A stretch of DNA of 64,000 nt. Source: Chrysomallon squamiferum (Eukaryota; Animalia; Mollusca). The position numbers and the translations under genes were made by a program. Shown in pieces: positions 1 through 40,000 of the stretch; the first letter of the stretch is position 1, and each line of letters begins with the position of its first letter. A model generated the notes under the pieces. It did no database searches and had not been told where the DNA came from. It worked only from the letters and a program-made list of their open reading frames with translations. The stretch is taken from positions 30,132,001 through 30,196,000 of the forward strand of contig CM022665.1 in assembly GCA_012295275.1 (NCBI GenBank), in the 5' to 3' direction.

Positions 1-451
1 AATAATATGTAAGACTGGTGATTACAATACTGATAAATGACAATAATAATGAATATGATGAAAATAACAATTATTATAAAAAATAACAAAACAATAATAA
101 TAATACATACAAGCAGTTGTTTTTGGGGTTTTTTTAAATTTATTTATTTATTGTATTTTTAAAAGTAAATATCTAGATAAACCTAAGGAATTTTATGAAT
201 GTGGCATTTGAAAGAAGTTATAGAGAAGAATGTTGAATATATTAAATATTAAATATGTCAGATACTACGACTTTTTACTGTTTTATTGAGCCTTAAAAAA
301 CGGACATAACTTTAGTTACAACCTGATATTTAATTACATTCACAAAAAACTGCTGAAATATAAAAGGAATTAAGTATAAATTGTTCATTTTAAAAAGTCT
401 TATTTCTTTTTATTATTTTTCTTTTCTGGAGCTCTTTTTTTTTTATTATTA

Positions 452-500
<49 letters not shown>

Positions 501-699
501 TTTTGTTTTGTTTTGAATTAATCATTAAAAAAAAGAAAAAGAGAAAAAAAAAAAAAAAAAAAACAACAACACGATAATAATAACAATAATAATAATTATT
601 ATTATAATGAGTAATCTAACAAATACAGTATTGGAAAAAAATACTCTTAATTATAAGATTTGTTATTTTGTACTGTACACAGCTGAAATTTTTACTTTA

Positions 700-731
<32 letters not shown>

Positions 732-1067
732 AAAAAAAAAAAAAAAAAAAAAATTAAAATTAATTTTATTTAAACGATGAAACCAAAATCGTCATGTAAA
801 ACAGAATAACATAACTTTGTACGAATATTAAATAAACACCATCTGGGTAATATTTATTTTATATATTTTAATTTAAGTAATTACATTTTATCTTCTGTTT
901 TATCTTCTTCTCTCCCCCTCCCCGTTATTTCCGCTTCCGATAGAGGCCCCTATCAAAGTTCTTGCAATGTTATTTTTTGTCAGTCTAAGGGTGATTTTTA
1001 ATAAGCTATTATTTAATTATATTTAAAAAAAATAAAAAATAGTCTACAAAAAAAACCCAACAAGAAA

Positions 1068-1120
<53 letters not shown>

Positions 1121-1131
1121 ACATAAGAAAC

Positions 1132-1203
<72 letters not shown>

Positions 1204-1256
1204 ACAGCAACAACAACAATAAATAAAATAAAAACATTGAATTTCATCAAATCATT

Positions 1257-1383
1257 TTATCTTATCAAATAACGAAACAAATTAATAATAATTACAAGGT
1301 GACAATGTTTAAAAACAACACAAAGTAATGACGTTTGATTTTAATTTTTGACATATTACAAATCTTTAATTTTTAAAACTAAT
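1257..1383. repeat. Left arm of ~125-bp inverted repeat (partner 2093-2215)
   Basis: Core TAATAATTACAAGGTGACAATGTTTAAAAACAACACAAAGTAATGAC is the exact reverse complement of the core of 2093-2215; the flanks align with scattered mismatches. Confidence 0.9.
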
Positions 1384-1456
1384 TGGTTTTTGTTGTTCTT
1401 GTTGTGATTATTGCTGTTGTTGTTGTTGTTATTTTACATTTTACTTATCAACTCAC

Positions 1457-1576
1457 CTTTTTAGCATCAAAATTGTCTTGAACTGGGAGGGAGTCAGGTT
1501 TACATTCAGAACTTTCAGAAAAACAGAAGCAAAAAGACAAGATGATAAAGCAAATCACCATTTTACCTCCAGCCAT
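1457..1576 (-). CDS. First coding exon of a secreted lipocalin (apolipoprotein D / retinol-binding-protein-like); remaining exons not found and probably left of the window
   Basis: ATG at 1576 gives MAGGKMVICFIILSFCFCFSESSECKPDSLPVQDNFDAKK and a phase-0 donor AAG|GTGAGT. A hydrophobic signal peptide is followed by C-x5-PVQDNFD-xxK, the lipocalin motif just before GxWY (compare RBP4 CRVSSFRVKENFDKAR). Confidence 0.8.
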
Positions 1577-1617
1577 CTTTAGCTTCAGTATGCAACGACG
1601 TTGCAGGTTTTAATCAA

Positions 1618-1719
1618 TTTATACACAATTTCAGGGGCGTTGTTACTCCAAATTTCAAAATAATTTGTATTCTATTGGTGTTGAAAAACGTACTTCAGCA
1701 GTAACAAGGCAGCAGGTCA
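1618..1719 (-). promoter_or_regulatory. Putative core promoter of the lipocalin gene
   Basis: Minus-strand TATAAA at 1618-1623 (~42 nt upstream of the ATG), GC-box-like GGGGCGT at 1634-1640, CCAAT at 1674-1678 and an AGGTCA half-site at 1714-1719. Spacing is canonical, but these are motif matches only. Confidence 0.5.
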
Positions 1720-2012
1720 TATTAATATTTTGGATGATGATGGACGTTTTTCTTTTTTTGTGTGTTTGTTTTTAATATTATAATGGATTATCATCTCAGT
1801 AACTATGGGTGTGTTATGTATTATATAAAACATAATGAATGTAAAGAGGGAAAAACAATAATCATTTAAAACAGAATGATGATGATTATACATTACCCAT
1901 TCTTGAACAGAACATATGAAAACAGAATCAAGATATCATTCAGCATTTTTCTTGCTATTTATTTATTCATCATTATTTTTATAGACTACATACGACAAAA
2001 AAAAAAAAAAAA

Positions 2013-2050
<38 letters not shown>

Positions 2051-2092
2051 AGAGAGAGAGAGAGAGATGAAATGCAAACCGGTTTTATAAGG

Positions 2093-2215
2093 ATTAGTTT
2101 CAAATATTAAAGATTTATAGTTAAAAATTAAAATCAAATGTCATTACTTTGTGTTGTTTTTAAACATTGTCACCTTGTAATTATTACTAATTTATGTCGT
2201 TATTTGATATAATAA
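2093..2215. repeat. Right arm of ~125-bp inverted repeat (partner 1257-1383)
   Basis: Its reverse complement aligns along its length with 1257-1383. Confidence 0.9.
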
Positions 2216-4050
2216 GGTATAATTATTATGTCACAGTTTATATCTTCTTCCATGTTTCGTCTTTCCGCCCTATTTCGTTCACATTTGTTTACATACACAC
2301 ACGTACACACATGCACACATACACACATACACACATACATATATATTTATATACACACACACACGTACGTACAAACACAACCACACATTTATACGTTCAT
2401 GGATTTATGGATGGCATTATAAAAAATATTTTAAAATAATAATTTTTTTAAAAAGTAGTAATTGTAATAAATAAATAAATAATATTACATAAAAAAATAC
2501 AAAAGCCAGTAATTATCATTATAACTTTTTATTTCTTGGGAAACATTTGGTAAAATACATTAGACTAAATACGCATACAATAAAGGCATGAATACATGCA
2601 AATAACATACCAATGAAACTCAAAAAATAAATGTTATATTATATAACAGGTCGACAAAGCTTTATCCGAAAACCAAAAAGTTTCGAAAATAAAGCTTTAA
2701 TTTATTAATTATTATTACTGTTGTTCTTTTTATTATTATTATTTTTATTTTTTGTTGTTGTTGTTGTGTGTTTGTATGTGTATTTAAACATAATTTGTGT
2801 AATTATATACTTCTGTATCGAGTTCGACTTACATATTACTAGTTCCACTGAATGTTTTATTTACAAATAAAGTCTTTAAACTAGTTGTACTCGTTCTCAG
2901 ATGATTTCGGATACAACTGATTTGATCTGTGTTGGGACACTAAATAAATACCAGCTTGTTTAGCATTGTTTATAATGAAGTTCTATACATGAAGCGAAAA
3001 GGAAAATACGTTTTAGTTTGAACTATCTTTCCTTAACTTTAATAGAAATAAAGTCGACTGCACCAAAATGTCATTAAAATTAACGAGACTGAAATGTGTT
3101 TCTCACAAAATCCTTTACTGCCTCATTGAGCAACGTCTTCAAAATTCATTTTTTTAAAACTGGTAAAACATTTGTAAAATATTCGCATCAAACTAATTCA
3201 ATTTAATGTATATCTTTGCTTCAAAATTATTGCTTTAATTTTTCATTGGCGAGCATTCTTTGCAAATGATAATGTTAAGAACAGTGAAAAAAGTAAGTTC
3301 TGGAGGATGTTTAGCGGCTGACATTTTCACATTTATTCTGTTGTACGAAGAAATGTACAAGAAAACTGCCAACAGACTTAGTAATTATTGCAAATGTTTC
3401 ATATCACCATCGTGTAAGGAACTTTAAAAAAAAATTCATGTACGTTACATACGAGGAAAAAATAAAATACACTTTGATTGTCAAATAATCTTTGTTAAAA
3501 CAAATATATAAATAAACAGATTAAACAAATACAATATAGATTATAATATATGAAAGAGAGAGAAAGAGACAGAGAGAGAGAGAGAAGGAAGATAATGAAT
3601 ATTTCCATTGAATATTATGATGGAATGTATATTATTGTTTAATACTAAGTTACAGAGATAAAATAAGAAAATAATTTTCAATTAAAATAATCCTTGTATC
3701 CTTAGGTATATCATTTTATTTACCTGATAGCAATATGTGAACTGCTAAAAATGAGTGTCCACGGTAGATATACCAGTATGGTAAATATCTAAATTAACTC
3801 GAATGCTTAAAGGCACGTTATAGTTTTTTTTTATTTACCTGAGATCTTAAATAATTTATAGAATAATACATAATTCGTCACCAGTTAAAAACAGTTTGTG
3901 CTTTGAAAGTAATGTTTACAAATAAATCCTACTTAAACAAACACATATCTTGAATTTCAACTAATAACTTAATTCCTTTTAGTTTACAAATTGAAAATTA
4001 AAACGAATTCCTTGTCTATTAATATAATTGTTTTGTGAAACAGATGTAGC

Positions 4051-4056
4051 TTTATT
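4051..4056 (-). terminator. Candidate polyadenylation signal of the LGR gene
   Basis: First canonical AATAAA I could find on the minus strand downstream of the stop at 4966 (~0.9 kb 3'UTR). Weak evidence in AT-rich DNA. Confidence 0.3.
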
Positions 4057-4965
4057 TAATCATTAATTTAAAATTTGACCTAAATAAAATTAACAACAGC
4101 AAAAGCCCACTAAAACTCTTATATTAATAAATAATCAACAGCTATGGACAAAATTAATTAGGAACAAATTAGCCCAAGGCTAATTAGACTGGGGCTACAC
4201 AAGGCACTGTTTGTGATGCGCCGCACACACGACAGTTTAATTTCAGGGAATATTTTTCAGTTATTTACATAACAAACGTGTGTGTGTGTCTGTAAGTATG
4301 TGTATGTATATGTATATGTATTTATATATGTATGTATGCATGTATGTGTATCTGTATAATTATATGCTTGTACGTACGTGTGTGTGTGTGTGTGGTCGGT
4401 ATTACAGATTAAAACAATTCCATAACTAGAGCTGTTAAAACACACAGATTTTGGGATGAAGGAAATCATCAGAACATGTTTAAATTTAAATCACAGCTAC
4501 AACAAGTCACAGTTAAGTAAAATCAAACATTACATAGTAATCAGTTAACAGATACATCTACGCACAGTAACAACACATATTAAACTACACAGTTATTTGC
4601 AGTTAGTATTGCTAGTGATATTGTTAATCTGTTTTACAACAGACTAGTGAACTGGCCTGGTTATTATTTAGTAAAACGGCTGTATCTCTCATTTACCAGT
4701 CCATTATTCTGTATTACTGAATTTCCTCTGTATTGTAGTTCGAAAGTAAAATATATTTTTTAATAACTACAGTTAATTTTAAAAAGGAGAAAATATGTTC
4801 ATTTCTGACAGTACTGTTGTTGTTTTTTTCTCGGTTTTTTTCTTTTCATTATTGTATTTAGACGTTAAAATATAATATAGGTATGGGTGTTGAGTAGATG
4901 CGGTTGTAGAGGATTGTACATTAGGTTTTCTAACATCGAAGCTGCTCATTGAAGGGCCAGGTGAA

Positions 4966-33185
<28,220 letters not shown>

Positions 33186-33388
33186 GAATTTTAAAGCGTT
33201 CGCAGATGTCCAAATTTCAGTGATGAATGTTAAAAGTATTCATGAATCTCCAAATGTTTCTCAATCTGAAAGTTCATCGTTCAGTATTTTTCTGATAACA
33301 TATCCGTCGATTTTGTATCAGTGGTTAAAATCAGATAAAGATGTTTTGTTAGCTGTTTGAATATTTTAGTTACTCTATGACCTCGAAC
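33186..33388 (-). other. LGR 5'UTR portion of the first coding exon, with three uORFs
   Basis: Acceptor TATATTTTCAG|GTTCG at 33389/33388 implies an upstream non-coding exon. uORFs lie at 33301-33281, 33277-33230 and 33243-33217. Confidence 0.6.
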
Positions 33389-33750
33389 CTGAAAATATAA
33401 AAACACAAAAGAAGGGATTTATCAGAAGTTATGGGCAATGAAAGACAAAATATAGACTCCTTGAAGCCTTTTAATATAGTTACAGCGCAGACTAAACGAT
33501 AATTATGTTAGGGTGTTTGACGTAAACTGGATTTTCACAGATTACAGAATAAACGTAGTTTTACGTTATTTGGAAAATATTGCTTTATAATGGATTATAG
33601 TGGTTTAAGTAAATATGCAAACATGCCAACAACAAGAGTTGTTAAATTTCCATTAATTAGAATTTAGCAAATATATCTTCTCCTATCAGTATGTATTATC
33701 ATTTAAAGCGAGCTAACCAACAATGACAGCAGTCAAAAAAAATATTAATA

Positions 33751-33786
<36 letters not shown>

Positions 33787-34963
33787 AAAAAAAATGAAAA
33801 TAAAAAAAAATAAAATAAAATAAAATAAAATGAAATAAATGTAAAGCTCTCATTAGAATATAATCCAAAAATGCAAATTAAGTTAAAAAAAAAAAAAAAA
33901 AATTAAATACCTTTTTAAAAAAAAAAATGTTCGGAAGTATTACATCTATGACTGTTTACCAGTTCAGGAAAGCTAGAATATTATATGAATCTTTGTTTCT
34001 AAAAAACAAAGATGGAAAAAAATTAAAAAATTAAAAAAACAAACAAACAAACAAAACACAACATATGTATAATAAAGCAAACATTAGAAAGATAAAGAAA
34101 AAAGCATATTAATCTGAGAAAATTCAGAAGAAGAAAAAAAAAGAAAGAAATAAAACAAAAATAAGAAGAAGAAAAAGAAAAGTAAACTAAATACCTTTAA
34201 TCCAGTGTATTTGCTTAACTATATCTTTCTACCTATTGTAAGTGGTGCTGTTACTAATCTAAAGTAAGCTTAGATCCGTCCATCCATCTAAACAGAATAA
34301 TGTCATAACGCAAATACGTTCTGTCAGCCAGTGTGAACTAACCAAACCCGTAGCTTGGTCAGTCTATGTAGTTGCTGACTTGAGCCATTGAAAGGGGGTT
34401 GGCTGTTAGAATTCTGACGATAATTCGATTTTTCTGTTGATGCGCGCCATGGTAAAGCGGGAGTTACGCCGTATGATAGGTTTACGAGTGAACCCTTACG
34501 AATCCATTATCTAGAATCTTCATAAAATACGTTATTAACAGCTGACCGAATGGCTGATTTAAATATCATATTTACATAAACATATACACCAGTTATGTGT
34601 ATGTATGTGTGTGTGTGTTTGTTTGTGTGTACGTATACATGTAGACATATTTAAATAAATAAAAACGTGACGGAGTCTGTTATAAACTAATATATGAATG
34701 TATGTATGTTTTATATTTAATCCTTTATACAATATATATTATTCAGGCTGTAGATTATGGTTGTGGAATGTGGTTAGTATTTTAATATTTAAACAGATAC
34801 TTTATCAACATTTTCATTTTCATTTTGTTTATTTTAGACTGGTTTTATTTGTTAGTTTATATTATTATTGTTATTATTATTATATTATTATTATTATTAT
34901 TATTATTATTTATGTTTTACTCGTTGGAGTTCGAATCTTTATAAGTACACTCACACTAATTAC

Positions 34964-35200
34964 CTTAGAATCATTTTCACAATTACTTTTCTCAAAGTAA
35001 TTTAAATCGGGGACTGACCCGGCTGCTGAATCAAGTGCCAAAGACAGATACATTTCACAATAGGTAGATTTAGTTAAACATTATTCCCCAGAGAAATGCC
35101 TATGGAAAGCGAAACAGAGATGCAGCCGTAAAAGAGTTCATTCCTCTTCCATGTACCCAATCAGCTATTTTCCCGTTAAAGCCGAAAACATTTCTATATA
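34964..35200 (-). promoter_or_regulatory. Candidate non-coding first exon and TATA-like element of the LGR gene
   Basis: Donor AAG|GTAATT at 34964/34963, a GC-richer block, and TATATAGA at 35193-35200. No transcript evidence. Confidence 0.3.
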
Positions 35201-35346
35201 CTTTTGGTACTCGGAAAATGAACATTAATCACCTGTTGATGTTACTGCATAACAAAATTTGTGAAATAATAAGAGCAGTTATCTCTTTCATATCTTAGTT
35301 GATTTAAAAATGATATATGTATGTTAGAAGCAAATCACACCGACCG

Positions 35347-35349
<3 letters not shown>

Positions 35350-35418
<69 letters not shown>

Positions 35419-35621
35419 TCTGTATTATTTATTTATTTATTTATTTTAAAGTACTTGCTAGCAGACATTTTCTGATATTTTGGCTGAGTTGATCCAGTAC
35501 AGTCCGAGCGCGTATATAGCAATAATATTATAGTAATAAAGAAAGCAGAGAAGGAGAGAGAGAGAGAGAAAAAAAGCAAAATCATTAAAAAATAAAGAAA
35601 AATATAAAATAAAATAGGTGA

Positions 35622-35699
<78 letters not shown>
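35350..35699. repeat. Two long (GA)n tracts (35350-35415, 35628-35699) between the divergent genes
   Basis: Directly visible. Confidence 0.9.
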
Positions 35700-35702
<3 letters not shown>

Positions 35703-36070
35703 CGATTATTTACACTCGACATTAATACATGTTTTAGCAGTTCGTTTTCATGATTCAGGTATTTGGGTTGTAAGAAACAAACAGAGTATAATGCATAATA
35801 TGTTCATATTTTTACTGTTTTATTAATTAAATATATTATTTGAAACACTTGTTTATATTAAACAGGCGCTGAAGACTGGCAGGATTGTTTCATTGATGCC
35901 CCTCATTGTCTGTGGTTCTAGTTTTTCAAAAGTTAATCTTGCTTAACAATAATTATATTTCTCCTTAGCAAAACATTTTGGTTATTGGTACTATGTAAAG
36001 CAATATTATTTTGATATTCAGTTAAAAGGAACATTTTAACTTTCTTTCCTTCTTTCTTTGTTTCTGTATC

Positions 36071-36123
<53 letters not shown>

Positions 36124-36431
36124 AAAAACATCAAATCAAACAAACAAACAAAAAAGACTAATGCCGGTATATATTATATACTATAATAGTATAATTATAG
36201 GCCTATTAATATAGTTTAATATTTTTATCTCTGTGACCAATATCTCAATTCATCGTAACATTGTACAAGTTCATTTATTATTCTTAACTGTCTAGCGAGA
36301 ACATTATCAACAACAACAACAATTATATTAAAAAAAAAAATAATAATAATAATAATTAAAAAAAAAAAAACTAAAGCCCCCCCCATCTGAGTTCTGTTAT
36401 TATGAGCACTACGGTATCTTCTGTTGCAGTT

Positions 36432-36482
36432 TCGACATGCGCGTAACTTCAAAGACACTTCCGGGTTAGTAGCTTCGATCGT
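36432..36482 (+). promoter_or_regulatory. CpG-containing promoter of the plus-strand gene with ETS/GABP-type motif
   Basis: ACTTCCGG at 36457-36464 and NRF1-like CATGCGCG at 36436-36443, ~100-130 nt upstream of ATG 36565. A short uORF lies at 36518-36547. Confidence 0.55.
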
Positions 36483-36564
36483 CTAGCTTGAGAACAAAAC
36501 GAAAGCAGTTCATTTTAATGTTTTGTTATTTGTCAGTATCAAACTGACAAAAAAAACCTGCATT

Positions 36565-36675
36565 ATGCGGCTATGTTTGGTTGTTTTTATTAGTGTGACA
36601 TGGTCATTTGTTGACGGACATGCTCGATTTGTTTGTCCAAGGCCACAGAGCCCGAGATCCGACATCTACGTTCAG
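36565..36675 (+). CDS. His-brace protein exon 1 (signal peptide + His1)
   Basis: ATG at 36565; 18-aa signal peptide ending V-D-G, then HARFVCP; donor CAG|GTGGGT, phase 0. Confidence 0.82.
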
Positions 36676-36996
36676 GTGGGTTGAATAAATTTGCATGCAT
36701 TAGCTGTTTATTTATCGCTTTATTAATACTTTGTTTCTTATTTAATTAGTAATATTGTCAAAATTTTATTTCCGTGTTTTAAAACATTTCATGGAAAATG
36801 CAAACGGAATATTAAAGCAGTCATCATGCTGCTAAATATGTATGATTATATTTAGGATATAATAATAATTATTAATTGGTACTGCAGTCAGCATTGTCTC
36901 GGTTCCGGTGATCGATCGCATCACATAATTAAATTAGTCATACATTTATTCATTAATAAATTTAATAAAATTGTCATACCGATAATCACTGCATTT

Positions 36997-37046
<50 letters not shown>

Positions 37047-40000
37047 TGATGATGATAATCATAATAATAGTATTAGCAATAATAATACTAAAATAATGCA
37101 TCTTCTATAGTTATATCAGTCTAAATTATTAATTATCAAATATTTATCATTTTCTGGTTATAATTTTATGTTATTAAAAAATATTGACACTAATAAAGCC
37201 ATGTTTTGTATTGATGAAATGCATCACTAACCATTTTCTCATGTAATATACTGAAGTTATCAATTGAAAAATCCAAATAAAATGCCTTCTTCGTTTAATA
37301 AGCAGGAGTAACCCCAAAGAGTAACATATATATATATCATGGCCATAATTACATTGAGGCAAATGCCTCATACTGAAATTGACAGTTTTAGTTATTTTTT
37401 ATTATTATTTTTTTTTTTTAATTATTATTTTTTACAATTTTATTTAAGAAATATCAAATATAAATCTCTATTCCGATAGAAATGATATCTACTGAATGAA
37501 TTTGTTTATGTCTACGGTTACTGTTTGAAGTCTACCAACATCGTTGCAATGAAAGATATAACTGACTTAAAAGACATCAGTTTCAAAAAGAGTATAGTTA
37601 TGGCCATGTATATGTGTGTGTGTGTGTGTATATATATATATAAAAAATTTATCATTACACAAAAATATTATAAATATTAATATTTATAATCATGTTTTTA
37701 AACAAATATTCCTTTATTCAGATCAGTCTGTATTCCATATACTTCAAAATATTGCTACAAAACTTTCAGTGTTGATTTCCATCTTCATTGTATCAGAATT
37801 TTTGTTTAAACTTTATTTCCCCTAAAGTCTTGACCCCAATTGTATGTATGTAAAAATAACCTACTAAATGCAGCATCTTTTGTCTATAGTGTTCATCTGC
37901 ATTACTTTATTATCACAAGTAATTTAAACGTGATCATTAATTGCTGTGATTGTCCACTGGAAACTATAATGTGGTTGGTAATTACTGTTTTAGCTTCCAG
38001 AACATCCCCTTGATGGCCAGTGTGGTTTGGGAAGCACTATCAGCTTTGACTCAGAGTATATGGAGGTCTCCCCTGGACCATTTACTCTCAAGTTTGAAGA
38101 GACTGTGATCCATAAAGGTCTGTTTCTTTTTGTTTTTCATTAAAATTTGTTTTGTTTTTTATTCTGTGTCTCTATGTTTTTTTGGTTTTTTGGTTTGGAT
38201 AATAATACTTAGCTTCCACAAAACAACTAGTAAAATGTTTATGTCACAAATAAAATTATAATTATTTTCTTAATGTATTATATTTTACAAGTTTTTATTT
38301 ATTTATTTATGTTTTTTTTTTGTTTTTTTTTGAATTCTCAATAACATTATTTGATTTGTTCAGGTAATCATATTTTGTTTCTGCAAAACAATCAGGAATT
38401 AACAAGATTTTAATGTTGTAAAATACATGTATGTAATATGTGGGTTTTTTTTGTGTATGTTTATTTGTTTTTTTTGTTTTGTAATAATGATAGGTTTATT
38501 TCAAAAGATCTTGAGTGGTAACAACAACATTCAACAGAACATTTTTATTTTGCTGTATGATACTGAAAATAATCACTGGTAGTTACTGAAATTGTCTAAC
38601 ATTAATGCTGTTTTGATTCTAAAGCATATCAGTAAATCTCTTTGCTAGTCTTATTTGTGTTGCAGATTAAATTGAAATATATTTTGAACAGTTAGAACCC
38701 AGACATTTAGTCCAACCCATAGAATATTAACTTTGTTAAAGAATATTTGTTTATTAAAATAAAAAAAAATAAAACCTTTTAAAATTATATTTCAGAATTA
38801 TTCCTGTTTTGTATCTGAAATAATAATTATTTCTCATTTATTTACTTAGTTTATAACATGTTGTTGCATAAATGTTGCCATTGATTCTCTGTCTGTACCT
38901 ATATATGAATAATCTATTCTCCACTTGATACACATCTAAATAAATAAAATTATCTCCATTTCTTCACGAACAAATGAATCAATAAATTAAGCTGGATAAA
39001 CATAATAAATATTAAAAATTAAAATCCTACCTTCTTTTAGGTACATTGTTGATAGAATGTTTTAATCCATAAAACACTTACAGGTGTGCCATGTATGAAA
39101 ATAATCTTTTAATACATTAACAAAAAACAAAAAACAACCAAACATTATAGCTTTAATTTATGGATTGATCAGTCAGTGTGAGAGTGTTTGATTCAGGTTA
39201 GAAAAATGGAAAAACACTGACATTAATCTCAGTCACTTTAGACAGATCACTGATAAGTTTTTCTTGATAACCACTTCAGCATTAGAGAAAACTGCAATCT
39301 TTTGAACATTAATTGTTCCAGTATTGTCAGTTTGACTGACATCAGTGAATGTTACAGTCAGGTTTTTATAACAAGTAAACTGTATTAGTGTTCTCTTTGT
39401 TACTTTTAATTGTATTAATTCACCCACATGTTTTCTTGATAAACACCAATGCAGAGAGTGCAATGGATTTTTAAAAAAATGGTGGATATATTACTGGTCA
39501 CGGAAGTTAAATAGATTTTGTTGCTATGGCTAGGGAAAGAGTGAGTGAAAGTAGATATCTTGATAAATTACAGAATATGGAATGAAGTTTCAAAATTAAA
39601 TTGTGTCAAGGCTCACTGAATTGAACTGAATTTAAATAACAAAAACAACAGTAATATTAATAATAAAAATAACAACAACAAAAAAGAAGAATAACAATAA
39701 TGTATCTTAAGACTAAAGACTAGAAGATATGAAATAAAACATTCATTTCTATCTGAATAATTTCTATAAAATACCTGAGTGTTTTTGATATCCTATACCT
39801 TGAAAGTTGAAACTGTGAAATGTGACCATTCCTGAACACCAGCATTAGACCATTCAGAAGTGTTAGAAAATTTAGTAATAAATTTAAACGTTTTTTCTTT
39901 TTTTGCTAAGAGATTTCAGGTTTTTCTTTGTTACCCCTTATCACTTTCTCCTATCTTTCTCAAGGAACTGTTATCTCACGTTTTAATTCCAGTCAAAAAT

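Noticed and set aside
1044-4469. ORF-track entries rich in I/F/Y/H/T (for example 1044-1250, 2194-2439, 4257-4469) and similar ones across the window
   Set aside because: They are translations of (ATT)n, poly-A, (CA)n, (AT)n and (GA)n microsatellites, with no splice or homology support.
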